Shown: positions 12,881 through 23,727 of the stretch, one piece after another
Layout: each line of letters begins with the position of its first letter
Numbering within the stretch: position 1 is the stretch's first letter
Notes under the pieces: model-generated
Databases searched by the model: none
What the model saw: the letters and a program-made list of their open reading frames with translations, nothing else
Told to the model about the DNA's origin: nothing
Source of the DNA: Octopus bimaculoides
Taxonomy: Eukaryota
Assembly (NCBI RefSeq): GCF_001194135.2
Contig: NC_068990.1
Span: forward strand, 93,359,873-93,423,872
Length of the DNA: 64,000 bases
Reading direction: 5' to 3'
Translations under genes and position numbers: made by a program

Positions 12881-13156
12881 TTCGGCTCAAAAAACTTCTT
12901 ACTTAGCTTCTTCGGCTCAAAGAACTTCTTACTTAGCTTCTTCGGCTCAAAGAACTTCTTACTTAGCTTCTTCGGCTCAAAGAACTTCTTACTTAGCTTC
13001 TTCGGCTCAAAGAACTTCTTACTTAGCTTCTTCGGCTCAAAGAACTTCTTACTTAGCTTCTTCGGCTCAAAGAACTTCTTACTTAGCTTCTTCGGCTCAA
13101 AGAACTTCTTACTTAGCTTCTTCGGCTCAAAAAACTTCTTTCTTAGCTTCTTCGGC
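12881..13156. repeat. 30-bp minisatellite, 9.2 copies, in PTS intron 2
   Basis: Unit ttcggctcaaagaacttcttacttagcttc repeated head-to-tail from 12881. Seven copies are identical; only the terminal copies vary. Confidence 0.97.
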
Positions 13157-13927
13157 GTATAAACGACTGAAGTCACAGTATTCCTCCTGAACAAGATGCT
13201 CATCCGTTACCAGTCTCAAGGCCAGTAATTTTCTGAGGGTAGGGGGACAAGTCAATCACATCGACCCCAGTACTTCTCTGGTATTTCTTTTTATCTACTC
13301 CAAAGGAAGGGAAACATTGACTTCAGCAGGATTTGAACTCATGATGTGAAGAACTGGAAGAAATGCCACTAAGCATGTTGTCTGTTGTGGGTATGTTGTA
13401 AATGGCATCCATGAAATTGTGGTTGTGGCTGTTGCCAGTGTCGTGTAAATGGCACCCATGCCAGTGGCACATAAAAAAAGCATGCATTACACTCCTGGAG
13501 TGGTTGGCATTAGGAAGGGCATCCAGCTGCTGAAACCATGCCGAAACAGACCGGAACCTGGTGAAGTTCTCTGGCTTCTCAGTTCCAGCTAATCCATCTA
13601 ACTCATGCCAGCATGGAAAGCAGACGTTAAATGATGATGATATATAAGCTGTGTTCCAATGTGGTCTGAGATGTCTGTGTGTCTGTAGCACTGTTCTGTA
13701 TACTTGAGCAATATTCACCATGTATATAATTTCTAAACGACATACTCTTAGAGCACTCTACTTAGCAGTTACATCAGATTATCCTCTAATATGTATTATT
13801 TCCCAACATTAAACACTTCTTCTAGAAAGCCTTGTATTCAGCAGTGGAAAGTGATTTTCTGTTATAAGATCTCAATTGTTTATGTTCTGTCTTCTGTTCA
13901 CTTTTCTTCTTTTCTTGTCTATTTCAG

Positions 13928-13950
13928 TGGAAGTGGCACTTAAAGGTCCA
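13928..13950 (+). CDS. PTS: PTS coding exon 3 (23 nt)
   Basis: (V)EVALKGP; flanked by tttcag and gtaagt; phases 1 and 0 join exons 2 and 4 in frame. Same size as I recall for vertebrate PTS exon 3. Confidence 0.93.
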
Positions 13951-14243
13951 GTAAGTATTCTTCTATGCACCCCTACCTTTCCTGCTGTCTATCATAATTA
14001 AAAATTGATAATTAGTTCTCTCCACACACCCCTACCTCTACTGTTATCTACTATCGTTAAAGACCAGTGTGTTTTCCTCTATTGCTATTTAATTAAAAAC
14101 TTGTAAATATTCTTCTGTCCATACGGATATATTAGAAGGAATCCATTAAAAAATCTTAAATATTTGGTAAGCAATTTAATTGTTGAACCAGAGAGAAATT
14201 CTTTTGCTGTAACTTTCTGCTGTTTCTCTTCTGCTGTTTGCAG

Positions 14244-14300
14244 GTGGATCCAGTGACAGGAATGGTGATCAATATAGTTGATTTGAAACAAATAATCAAT
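14244..14300 (+). CDS. PTS: PTS coding exon 4
   Basis: 57 nt; VDPVTGMVINIVDLKQIIN (compare human IDPATGMVMNLADLKKYM); flanked by ttgcag and gtaagt. Confidence 0.96.
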
Positions 14301-15186
14301 GTAAGTCACATGATATTCCATATTCTACATGTTCATCTCTAACCTAACCATTTTTCAGCCATACAAAATTCATTCATTTTCCTTTTTTTCTTTCTTTGGT
14401 ATTCAGGAAATTTATCTTGGGACATATAGTCATTTCAAATATTGAGTCATTCCTTCTCAAAGTCCATTGTTCCATGCTTTAATTGCTGAACAAGTTGTGG
14501 GTCAATGGGGAATGATTTCACAGCTGGAGACTTTTCTTATCTCTAGTTCTTACTTGTTTTTCAGGCAAGGAATATTTTTTTTTATACTCTGAATGTCTTT
14601 GAAAGCCTTGAGTGACTGGCTGTGATGTCAACAAGAAATGTTGGCATCAGCACCATACTATGTTAATGACAATTACAGAATACCAACATTCATGAATATT
14701 CTGGCAAACACACACACACACACACACACATATGTGCTTGTGTGCGTGCATGTATGTGTCTGTGTGTGTGTAGTAGGCTTTCTGCAGTTTCCACCTACTG
14801 GATTCACTCATAAGGCATTGGTCAACTTGGCAGCTGTAGTAGAAGACACTTACTCCAGCTGTTACACAGTGGGACTGAACCAAGAACCACGAGGTTGGGA
14901 AGTAAACTTCTTACCTGCACAGCCATGCCCATCTCTACATCTGTCAGTTCTTTATTTAAATTTATCCATGGAGGGAAATACAGAGTTGAAACAAAATTCA
15001 TGCATTAAGCATGTGGCTTCAATAAGGATTATATTATTAGAGTTGCTTCCAACTCAGAATTTTATATATATATATATATAAACATATATTAGCGCAGGAG
15101 TGACTGTGTGGTAAGAAGCTTGCTTCCCAACCTCATGGTTCTGGGTTCAGTCCCACCGTGTGGCACCTTGGGCAAGNNNNNNNNNN

Positions 15187-15227
<41 letters not shown>

Positions 15228-15594
15228 CATATGTGTTAAATATACAGAAAATGATTAATTTCTCTAATTACAATTCCTAACTTTGACTTAATTCATGCTT
15301 TCTTAATTTCTTCTTAGATTCTAATTCTCTCCTTTTATTTAAATTAAATTCTTTTGTTATTCATTGCATTTATATACTCAACAGCCTTTCATTCACCTTC
15401 TTATTTCATCTTTTCATTTCACTTTATTATCTAAGTACGTTGAGTGTCTTTTCATTTATTTTGATTAATTGATTGACATTCTTTTTAAAGTCTATTTTGA
15501 TTTACAGAAACTACATCTTCACAAAATGTTCCCACCACTTAAATTGTTTGATAATTTCTGTATCTTGTAGAATATTTCTGTTTATAATTTCCAG

Positions 15595-15665
15595 AAATGT
15601 GTCATGGATGTTTTGGACCATAAAAACATAGACAAAGATGTTCCATACTTTAAATATAACCCCAG
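15595..15665 (+). CDS. PTS: PTS coding exon 5
   Basis: 71 nt; KCVMDVLDHKNIDKDVPYFKYNP(S) with the LDHKN-D-DVPYF motif; flanked by ttccag and gtaact (phase 2). Confidence 0.96.
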
Positions 15666-16049
15666 GTAACTTAAAACCTCCTTTTCTAGTTGCATTTTAA
15701 TTCTCTCATTTAATTATGAAATATTTGGGAAAACACGAGCAAGATCTAAGGGAGACCACTCCATTCCGATCAGCTGTAATTTTTATCAGCCGTTCCCAGC
15801 AATGAATGCCTTTATTGAATTGAATATCAAATGAAATATTGTAGAGTGCTGAGCCTTGCTCACTATTTTAAATCTCTACTATTTCATCAGTTCATTTCAG
15901 GACTTTAATTCAAACCATAAACCAAATTTTTTAGGTGTTTCTGTGGCAGGAAATTGTTTTTAAATTAGTTAACAATTATAGGAAGAATTTTAGAAATATT
16001 CTCACAGGAATGACATCTTTATATATCTGGTTTTACTTTTTGATTGCAG

Positions 16050-16200
16050 TACTGGAGAAAATATCGTTGTTTTTATCTGGAACCAACTTTCTGAAGAACT
16101 GAATCAATATAATCAAGCTGACCTTCTATTTGAAGTAAAACTACACGAAACAGAAAAAAATGTCTTCTCTTATTATGGAGAAAAAACGTCATCAAAATGA
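16050..16200 (+). CDS. PTS: PTS coding exon 6 (to stop)
   Basis: (S)TGENIVVFIWNQLSEELNQYNQADLLFEVKLHETEKNVFSYYGEKTSSK*; both conserved Glu residues (S-T-x-E and E-T) present; acceptor ttgcag; TGA at 16198-16200. Confidence 0.95.
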
Positions 16201-16928
16201 AGATGGCACAATCAAAGGAGTTTATTCTTAAAGAACATGTTTTTGAACCTAATTGGCTATTCTTCAAAGGTCTGTGAGTTATTCTAGTAACATGGTTTGG
16301 TTGTTTAATTCCTGTTAGTTTTAGATAAACAAAATATTGATCCATTTTAGAATATTCTATTGACAATTGGTTGAAAAATTGCGTTGCATCATTAACTAAA
16401 CCACTTATCGTTCAATTATCCATTCCACTTCGTAAATAGCTTCCATAGTACAACTTATCTCACAAAAATTAACTTGCAGTGTTGAGCTCTGTGCAGGAAC
16501 GTTTGCAGACTTTATGGTGCCTCGTCTCCAGGTCTGTCATGGAGGTGAACTCTGGTACAAAGTAACACCTTTGGGTAAATTGTAAAGGATAAATAGAAAT
16601 ACAAGTTGTTGCAGTGTGTATCCTTCATCTGTTAATGAGAGTGACGTTTGTGCTGTCAGTGTCTCATTCTATAGCTTTCTAATTAGTAGACCAACATTTT
16701 GATAATGAGTAAACCATAAAATTTGTTTGATTTTCGTGGTTTTCAAATATAATTTTCTTATTTTCATGCATCACTTATCTCTATGTTATGGCTCAAGACA
16801 CAATGATCATCCTGCATTCTAATATTGCAAAAGACCAATCAACAGATTCGTTACTTTTAACCCTTTGAAGCTAACATACATAGGATTAGATTCAGACTTC
16901 CTGGCTCACAAATTAATGAAACACTTAA

Positions 16929-16974
<46 letters not shown>

Positions 16975-18134
16975 ATATACACACACACACACTCTGATAT
17001 TACAGATCTCTTTACACACCTTTATAAATATCACTTCAAATTTCTTCAACGTTATCTCTTGTAAATATGAATGTGAAATCCAGTTTCCAAACAAAGATAG
17101 GTTGAATTGTCCCTCCTGGAATAAGAAAACCAGATTGCAAGGTGTTTGTGTATTGGATCAAACAGAATCCAAGGAGACTGGTGGTTGTTTAACGCAGGCA
17201 AGACTTTTATGACTTGGGAAAAAAAGTAACGGCAAGAGTTAAATGAAATTGCCAGTCACTCTTAAACCTGGAGAAAGACTCAGCCCTAAATATTGGATGC
17301 TCCACTCTCCAACACCATTCATTTTACTCTCTCTCTCTGTATATATNNNNNNNNNNNNNNNNNNNNNNNNNNNNNNNNNNNNNNNNNNNNNNNNNNNNNN
17401 NNNNNNNNNNNNNNNNNNNNNNNNNNNNNNNNNNNNNNNNNNNNNNNNNNNNNNNNNNNNNNNNNNNNNNNNNNNNNNNNNNNNNNNNNNNNNNNNNNNN
17501 NNNNNNNNNNNNNNNNNNNNNNNNNNNNNNNNNNNNNNNNNNNNNNNNNNNNNNNNNNNNNNNNNNNNNNNNNNNNNNNNNNNNNNNNNNNNNNNNNNNN
17601 NNNNNNNNNNNNNNNNNNNNNNNNNNNNNNNNNNNNNNNNNNNNNNNNNNNNNNNNNNNNNNNNNNNNNNNNNNNNNNNNNNNNNNNNNNNNNNNNNNNN
17701 NNNNNNNNNNNNNNNNNNNNNNNNNNNNNNNNNNNNNNNNNNNNNNNNNNNNNNNNAGAAACAGATCTCATAACAACCAGTGAACTCCCTGCTTAGATAC
17801 ACGTAGACAGGAATCATGTAGGAGTATGTTTTTGTTGGTTTCTTTCTTTTTAACAATAATATTAGTTAACTTCTACAGACAAAACCCCTCGAATAGAAGG
17901 ATATCTTAAACAAGGTGTGAAGTCATCAAAGATTAAACACCAGTAAAACATGGATAACTTGACTTTTTTTTGCATTTGTTTGAGAATACAAAAATTTATT
18001 TTGAAGGATTGAAATCTTTTCCCCTGACGGAGCAGAAACAGGACTACTGTGCTGTCTTTTTAGAAGAAGGTATGCTTTGTATACATTATCTAATGAGTCA
18101 ATTAGTTTTCCTTATTTCAGGGAGATTTAGTTGA
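16197..18134 (+). CDS. Candidate second cistron (ORF2) of the PTS transcript, uncharacterised 94-97 aa protein: join(16197-16273,16480-16574,17879-17914,18007-18069,18121-18134 or 18144-18166)
   Basis: ATG at 16197-16199 overlaps the PTS TGA (ATGA); a second in-frame ATG with strong context (aagATGG) is at 16203. Donors gtgagt 16274, gtaaat 16575, gtgtga 17915, gtatgc 18070; acceptors ttgcag, ctacag, ttgaag, tttcag. The phases join one open frame: MKMAQSKEFILKEHVFEPNWLFFKGLVELCAGTFADFMVPRLQVCHGGELWYKVTPLDKTPRIEGYLKQGLKSFPLTEQKQDYCAVFLEE then GRFS* or ADQTTFH*. AATAAA at 18274. No homologue recognised. Confidence 0.55.
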
Positions 18135-18273
18135 TATTTTTAGCAGATCAAACAACTTTTCACTGAGGAGACCCACAACCAGAGAACTTAAAAGAGAATC
18201 GTGTGTGATGTGATGAGAAACAAAGCAGTCAAATATTCACATTCAAAATGTACCAGAACACATATTTAGAATG

Positions 18274-18279
18274 AATAAA
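18274..18279 (+). terminator. Candidate polyadenylation signal (AATAAA) of the PTS/ORF2 transcript
   Basis: First canonical AATAAA I found after the PTS stop, about 140 nt after the ORF2 stop, followed by ATTAAA at 18287. The N-gap 17347-17756 could hide others. Confidence 0.5.
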
Positions 18280-18451
18280 ATACATTATTAAAACTGGATG
18301 TTCACTGTTCTCCATGCCTTCCAATGGTATTTCATATTGATGCAAACAGAATGGTTAAAACCTCTCTCTAAGCCCATGATTCCCAACGTAGGACATAGTA
18401 ATATTTTGGTGAGGCATGCATCTCAATAGAGAAAGGAAGAAATTCAAGAAT

Positions 18452-18750
18452 CATCATCATTTAACGTCTGCTTTCCATGCTAGCATGGGTTGGACGATTT
18501 GACTGAGGACTGGTGAAACCGGATGGCAACACCAGGCTCCAGTCTGATTTGGCAGAGTTTCTACAGCTGGATGCCCTTCCTAACGCCAACCACTCAGAGA
18601 GTGTAGTGGGTGCTTTTACGTGCCACCCGCACAAGCCAGTCCAGGGGCACTGGCAACGATCTCGCTCGAAAATCCTACAGGAGCCAGTCAGGCGGTACTG
18701 GCAACGGCCACGCTCAAAATGGTGCATCTCATGTGCCACCCGCACAAGAA
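18452..18750 (-). mobile_element. Retroposon family C (ggttggcgttaggaagggcatccagctgtagaaac ... (GAT)n tail); representative copy
   Basis: Recurs at about 7512-7660(+), 10120-10340(-), 11648-11860(-), 13420-13640(+), 23010-23215(-), 24150-24350(-), 28900-29075(+), 40620-40815(+), 43870-44045(+), usually ending in a gatgatgat tail. SINE or LINE-3'-end type. Confidence 0.85.
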
Positions 18751-21700
18751 TGAGTTATTAANNNNNNNNNNNNNNNNNNNNNNNNNNNNNNNNNNNNNNN
18801 NNNNNNNNNNNNNNNNNNNNNNNNNNNNNNNNNNNNNNNNNNNNNNNNNNNNNNNNNNNNNNNNNNNNNNNNNNNNNNNNNNNNNNNNNNNNNNNNNNNN
18901 NNNNNNNNNNNNNNNNNNNNNNNNNNNNNNNNNNNNNNNNNNNNNNNNNNNNNNNNNNNNNNNNNNNNNNNNNNNNNNNNNNNNNNNNNNNNNNNNNNNN
19001 NNNNNNNNNNNNNNNNNNNNNNNNNNNNNNNNNNNNNNNNNNNNNNNNNNNNNNNNNNNNNNNNNNNNNNNNNNNNNNNNNNNNNNNNNNNNNNNNNNNN
19101 NNNNNNNNNNNNNNNNNNNNNNNNNNNNNNNNNNNNNNNNNNNNNNNNNNNNNNNNNNNNNNNNNNNNNNNNNNNNNNNNNNNNNNNNNNNNNNNNNNNN
19201 NNNNNNNNNNNNNNNNNNNNNNNNNNNNNNNNNNNNNNNNNNNNNNNNNNNNNNNACTGCTCGAAGCAGAACTGGATATATTCTTTATTTCTGCTATTCT
19301 GAGGAAACAGAATCTTGATTTATTCTTGAGACAAAATGATTGTTGAGGTATAAAAAGAACTGAAACCATGAGAAGAACAATAAATTCATGCAGAAGAAAA
19401 AAACCAACTCTTTTCTTTGAAGACACAAATAGCAGAACTTTATTCATTTTTTTTTTTTATTGTATGCAATTTAAAAAAAAAAAGTTATATCATACAATGA
19501 AATGAGATCAGGTTACCATCAAGTACGTGTTTATGTGAACAAACTAAACCATTTTTTTTTTTTTTGTTTATTTGTCAACTTTACATTTAATGTTGAAACT
19601 TCTAAAGTATAATATTGTCAAATTTGAGTAACGGACATCAAAGATCTCGAAACAATTGAAAACTAAACTCACAATGTCACCTCTGTATAAATGGTAAGAA
19701 TAAAACAGTTTTTTTTGTTTATCATAAAGGGTCAAAAGAAACTTAAAAGATTTCAGACAGTTTTGGCAGGAATGTTAACACAGTGCAAATTCAAACACCC
19801 GGTCATCAAAGACACGACGGCCATAATAATTATAATTTAGGCACAAGGCCAGCAATTTTGATTGGGTGGAGGACCAAGTCAATTACACTGACCCCAATAC
19901 TTAGCTGGTGGTTTATTGACCCCGAAAGGATGAAAGGCAAATTTGATCTTGGCAGGATTTGAACTCAGTATTAAACAGCTGGATGAAATGCTGTTAAGAA
20001 TTTAGTCTGGCATGCTAATGAGCCAGCTTGCTGCCCTAAGGAGGATGGTGATGATAATTTTTAACACAGGTCAAAATTTGGGGATAGGAGACCAGTATAT
20101 GACTGGTATTTATTTTATCAAAAGGATGAAAAGCAAAATCAACCTTGATGAAATTGGAACTCAGAATGTAAAGAAGTGGAAGATATGCCAATGGGCCTTT
20201 TGTCCAATGTTCTAACCATTCTGTCAGCTCACTGGCTGGATAACAATCCTTTCTACTCACAAGGCTTGAAATTTTGGTGGGAGGGCATAGCTGATTTCAT
20301 TGACACCAGTATATGACTGGTACTTTATCTTATTGACCCCGAAAGAATAAAAGGTAAAGTCAACCATGGTGGAATTTGAACTCAGAATGTAAAGCCAGAT
20401 GAAATGCCACTAAGCATTTTGTCTGGTGTGCTAACCATTCTGCCAGCTCACCGCCTTAAAAAAAAATAATAATAATAATGACATTTATGCTAAAAATATA
20501 GCAAAATGCCTGGAAATGTTTACAGAGAAAACAATGCTGGGAAGACATTTTGCAGAGAATACAATGATTGTGGCCAAATGTTGAAAGTGTTTTGTTCGAG
20601 GTGAATTAAAGAATGACAACGTGACAACAACACTTTAGTTTTGACAATAATAGAAATTAGCATCGAAAAAAATCAGTCCAGGCCATTGTTCCCCTGCTTG
20701 AATAAACATTTGAAAATATTACAAATATAGAAATGAGTGTTTGACACATACACATTATAGATAGATAGATAGATAGATGGATGTTATTTATATATGTGGT
20801 TGTTGCTTTTGACTCTATCCGCTGACCATCCATTCAAAGTAAAAATATCAAGAGAAAGTGATTAAAAATATGTTTTATGCAAGAAAATCTTCGCACTTTC
20901 TGCTCCTGAGATAAACTGCTTCAAAACATTTTTTTTTTTCTTTAATTATAATATCAGATAATATTTTGATGAATAATTATTTGACAGTGTTTTGGGATCA
21001 TTAATTAATTAAATGAGATGGGGGTACAATTTGTCATGAAGTAACCATAATACTGGTACCTGTCAGGTGTAAGGTGGGATGACAGGTAACATTTGGCAAG
21101 CAATGAGAACACAGTCAATGAGTCAATATATATATATATATATATATTTCATTTTGTTTTTGAGCAAAAGTTCATAAGGTCTTGCCTTGGCCACCACTAA
21201 TTATACTAACAAAGAGTTAAAGTAGAGGAATTATATTTAACTGATTCACTCACAAACCAAGTTGTTTAGTAAACACCAAGGACTGAAGATGCCAACCTCT
21301 GAATCCATTTCTAATCATCTATGTACTTTTATATAAGGCCACTTTCTCTGACCAATCAATTTTGTCATTTCGTTAAATATCTTTAATAAGATACATTATA
21401 AGAATTAAACTGTGAGTGACATGGAATAATTAATTTTTAACAGAAATCAAAGTAGATAAAACTACAAGAAATAGTAAATTTGAGGTTAAAAATCCTTTGG
21501 TAGCCTTTTTGCTATTCAAAAGGTTTTTTTTTGGTAGCTGCTTTCAGAACATAACGGCTTTCATTATTAAAAACAATTATCATAATTAAACCATTTCACT
21601 TTCTAATTGTTAAAAAAGTAAATAAAAACAATAAAATGAGTATTTTTCCCCTTTTGGAAATTTTCCAATTTGTTATGTGGGCAGAGATCTGCTAGGTTTC

Positions 21701-21984
21701 CATTCTAAAAACATTATGGCACCAAGTAACCAGAATAAAATATTACTGTTTATCTGCAAATTGCTTCAAAAATAAAACCCACCTCTCAAAATCTAAGACA
21801 GGAATAAATAACATTCCAACTGCTTACTGTGGCACATAAGATGGCTAGAGAAGTTTAAGATAGAAGAGAAATAAATATACAGACATTTAGCAACATTTCT
21901 CACTTGTTCTTTGAATATTTTTCCTTTTTTTTTTTCTTTTTTATCTTTTTGATCCAATTTGGTGGAATTATAACATTTCTTCAT

Positions 21985-22079
21985 TCACTGTGGGCTTTCG
22001 GCATCTGCAACTCCAAGTTTCTTGTTAGTTTCTTCCTGCATTTTAGCTTCATATTCTCGCAAGTCTGCTAGACTCATTC
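21985..22079 (-). CDS. PITPNC1: PITPNC1 coding exon 10 (to stop)
   Basis: (G)MSLADLREYEAKMQEETNKKLGVADAESPQ*, compare human MTMDEVREFERATQEATNKK; acceptor tattag; TGA at 21987-21985. Confidence 0.92.
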
Positions 22080-22871
22080 CTAATAATAAGAATAATAGCA
22101 ATAATCAGATTTTGGCACAAAGCAAGCAATTTTGAGGGACAAAGTAAGTGGAAACCCCTTAACCCTAGTCCTTGACTGGTACTTTATTTTACTGACCACC
22201 ACCCCACCCTCCACCATCGAGGGATGAAAGGCAAAGCTGTCCTTGGTAGAATTTGAACTCAGGACATAAAGACAGATGAAATACTGCTAAGCATTTTGCC
22301 CAACGTGCAAACGATTCTGCCAGCTCACCGCCTTCAGGTACAGCCATATAACTAAATATATTCTCTATTTATACAAAATATGCACCATAGAAAAATGGTA
22401 CCAATATCATCATCATCATCATATAATATTGAGAAATATTAATTGATGTTCAAACACAACAGTGTTGGTCAAATGTCCAGACATATTAAAGACTAAATGT
22501 AAAACATTATTATTAATTATGATTGATTTAGAGAAGAAGAAGAAGAAAAAAACTATCTCTTTAAATATTTAACAATAGAAATAGCAAGAACATGAAGGTC
22601 ACAGATGTTTCTATAGTCTGGGAGTCACGGAGAAAGAAATGGACAAGAAAGCAGCACATTTATTAAGAAAACTCAACTCAAGAAATGGAAAAAATGTTTA
22701 TCCTGGGAATGAATTACAATAATTAGGAAAATTCTGTTTGCTCAGCTGTATGAGAACATCTTCTTAAAGCTGACATTAGAGTCATCAAACACTTGTAGAA
22801 AAGTCAACACTCATATATATTAGAGAGAAGAGGAAGAGGAGAGAGAAAGAAAGAGTGTGTGGTTATCTTAC

Positions 22872-22935
22872 CAAACCATTCATCAAGCCAGGCAACTGCT
22901 TGCCGATGACCAAGCAACAAAATATCACGAATCGC
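22872..22935 (-). CDS. PITPNC1: PITPNC1 coding exon 9
   Basis: 64 nt; AIRDILLLGHRQAVAWLDEWF(G) (HRQ-x-x-x-W-x-DEW motif); flanked by tttcag and gtaaga. Confidence 0.96.
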
Positions 22936-23341
22936 CTGAAAATAGACACAATATAGAAATAGAGTTATTAAATATCATACATTTATATGTGTGTGTGTGT
23001 GTGTGTGTTATCATCGTCATTTAACATCCGCTTTCCATGCTGGCATGGATTGGACGGTTTGACTGAAGACTGACGAGCCAGAAGGCATCACCAGGCTCCA
23101 ATCTGATCTGGTAAGGTTTCTACAGCTGGATTCCCTTCTTAATGCCAACCACTCAGAGAGTGTAGTGGGTGCTTTTTACGTGTCACCAGCACGAAGACCA
23201 GTCAGGCGCATACATATGTTTTCCTCCTTATGACATCAGCGACAATTTAACATTAAACTGATGGATTACTAAATACATTTAGTAGAGTACATGTTTATTA
23301 AACTTTTTCAAAGAAAAGGGTGACTGTAACTTCAAAGTTTC

Positions 23342-23384
<43 letters not shown>

Positions 23385-23687
23385 TAAAAGTCAAGGTACA
23401 AGATGTACCTGTTTGCTTGAAAGAAGAGTTAAAACTCTCCCAAACCATGCATCTCTGACTATATGAAAACATGCACAGAGAGTGCAGCAAATATATTTAG
23501 AAATAGTCTTCCCATTTGTAAAAATACAAAGAGGAAGGCAGATATCCCAGCATCAATTGATTTCGCTTACTGTGCCGAATTGATACTTGAAGCTCATCAG
23601 CTAGGCTTACTACATCAACTATTTTTAAAAATATATTTATCTCTCTGTGTGTGCGTGTGATGTGTGTATATACATACAGGCATACAC

Positions 23688-23727
<40 letters not shown>

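Noticed and set aside
12881-13156. 30-bp direct repeat array as a CRISPR array
   Set aside because: The units are contiguous with no spacers, there are no cas genes, and the context is a eukaryotic intron.
16155-16161. Slippery heptamer A AAA AAT in PTS exon 6, which could shift ribosomes -1 into the ORF2 frame
   Set aside because: Such A-runs are common in this AT-rich DNA, I see no downstream stimulatory structure, and the shift would remove the last PTPS strand.
16540-18069. By-eye resemblance of the ORF2 C-terminal half (Y-x-V..D..PRI..L..G...T...Q..E) to GTP cyclohydrolase I feedback regulator GFRP
   Set aside because: Attractive because both would be BH4-pathway proteins, but the alignment needs gaps, the N-terminal half does not align, and GFRP orthologues are normally far more conserved. 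Not accepted as an identification; a profile or structure search would settle it.
23571-23600. Possible 30-nt in-frame cassette exon in PITPNC1 (LMSFKYQFGT, donor gtaagc)
   Set aside because: The acceptor has no pyrimidine tract, and the insertion would interrupt a conserved helical region.
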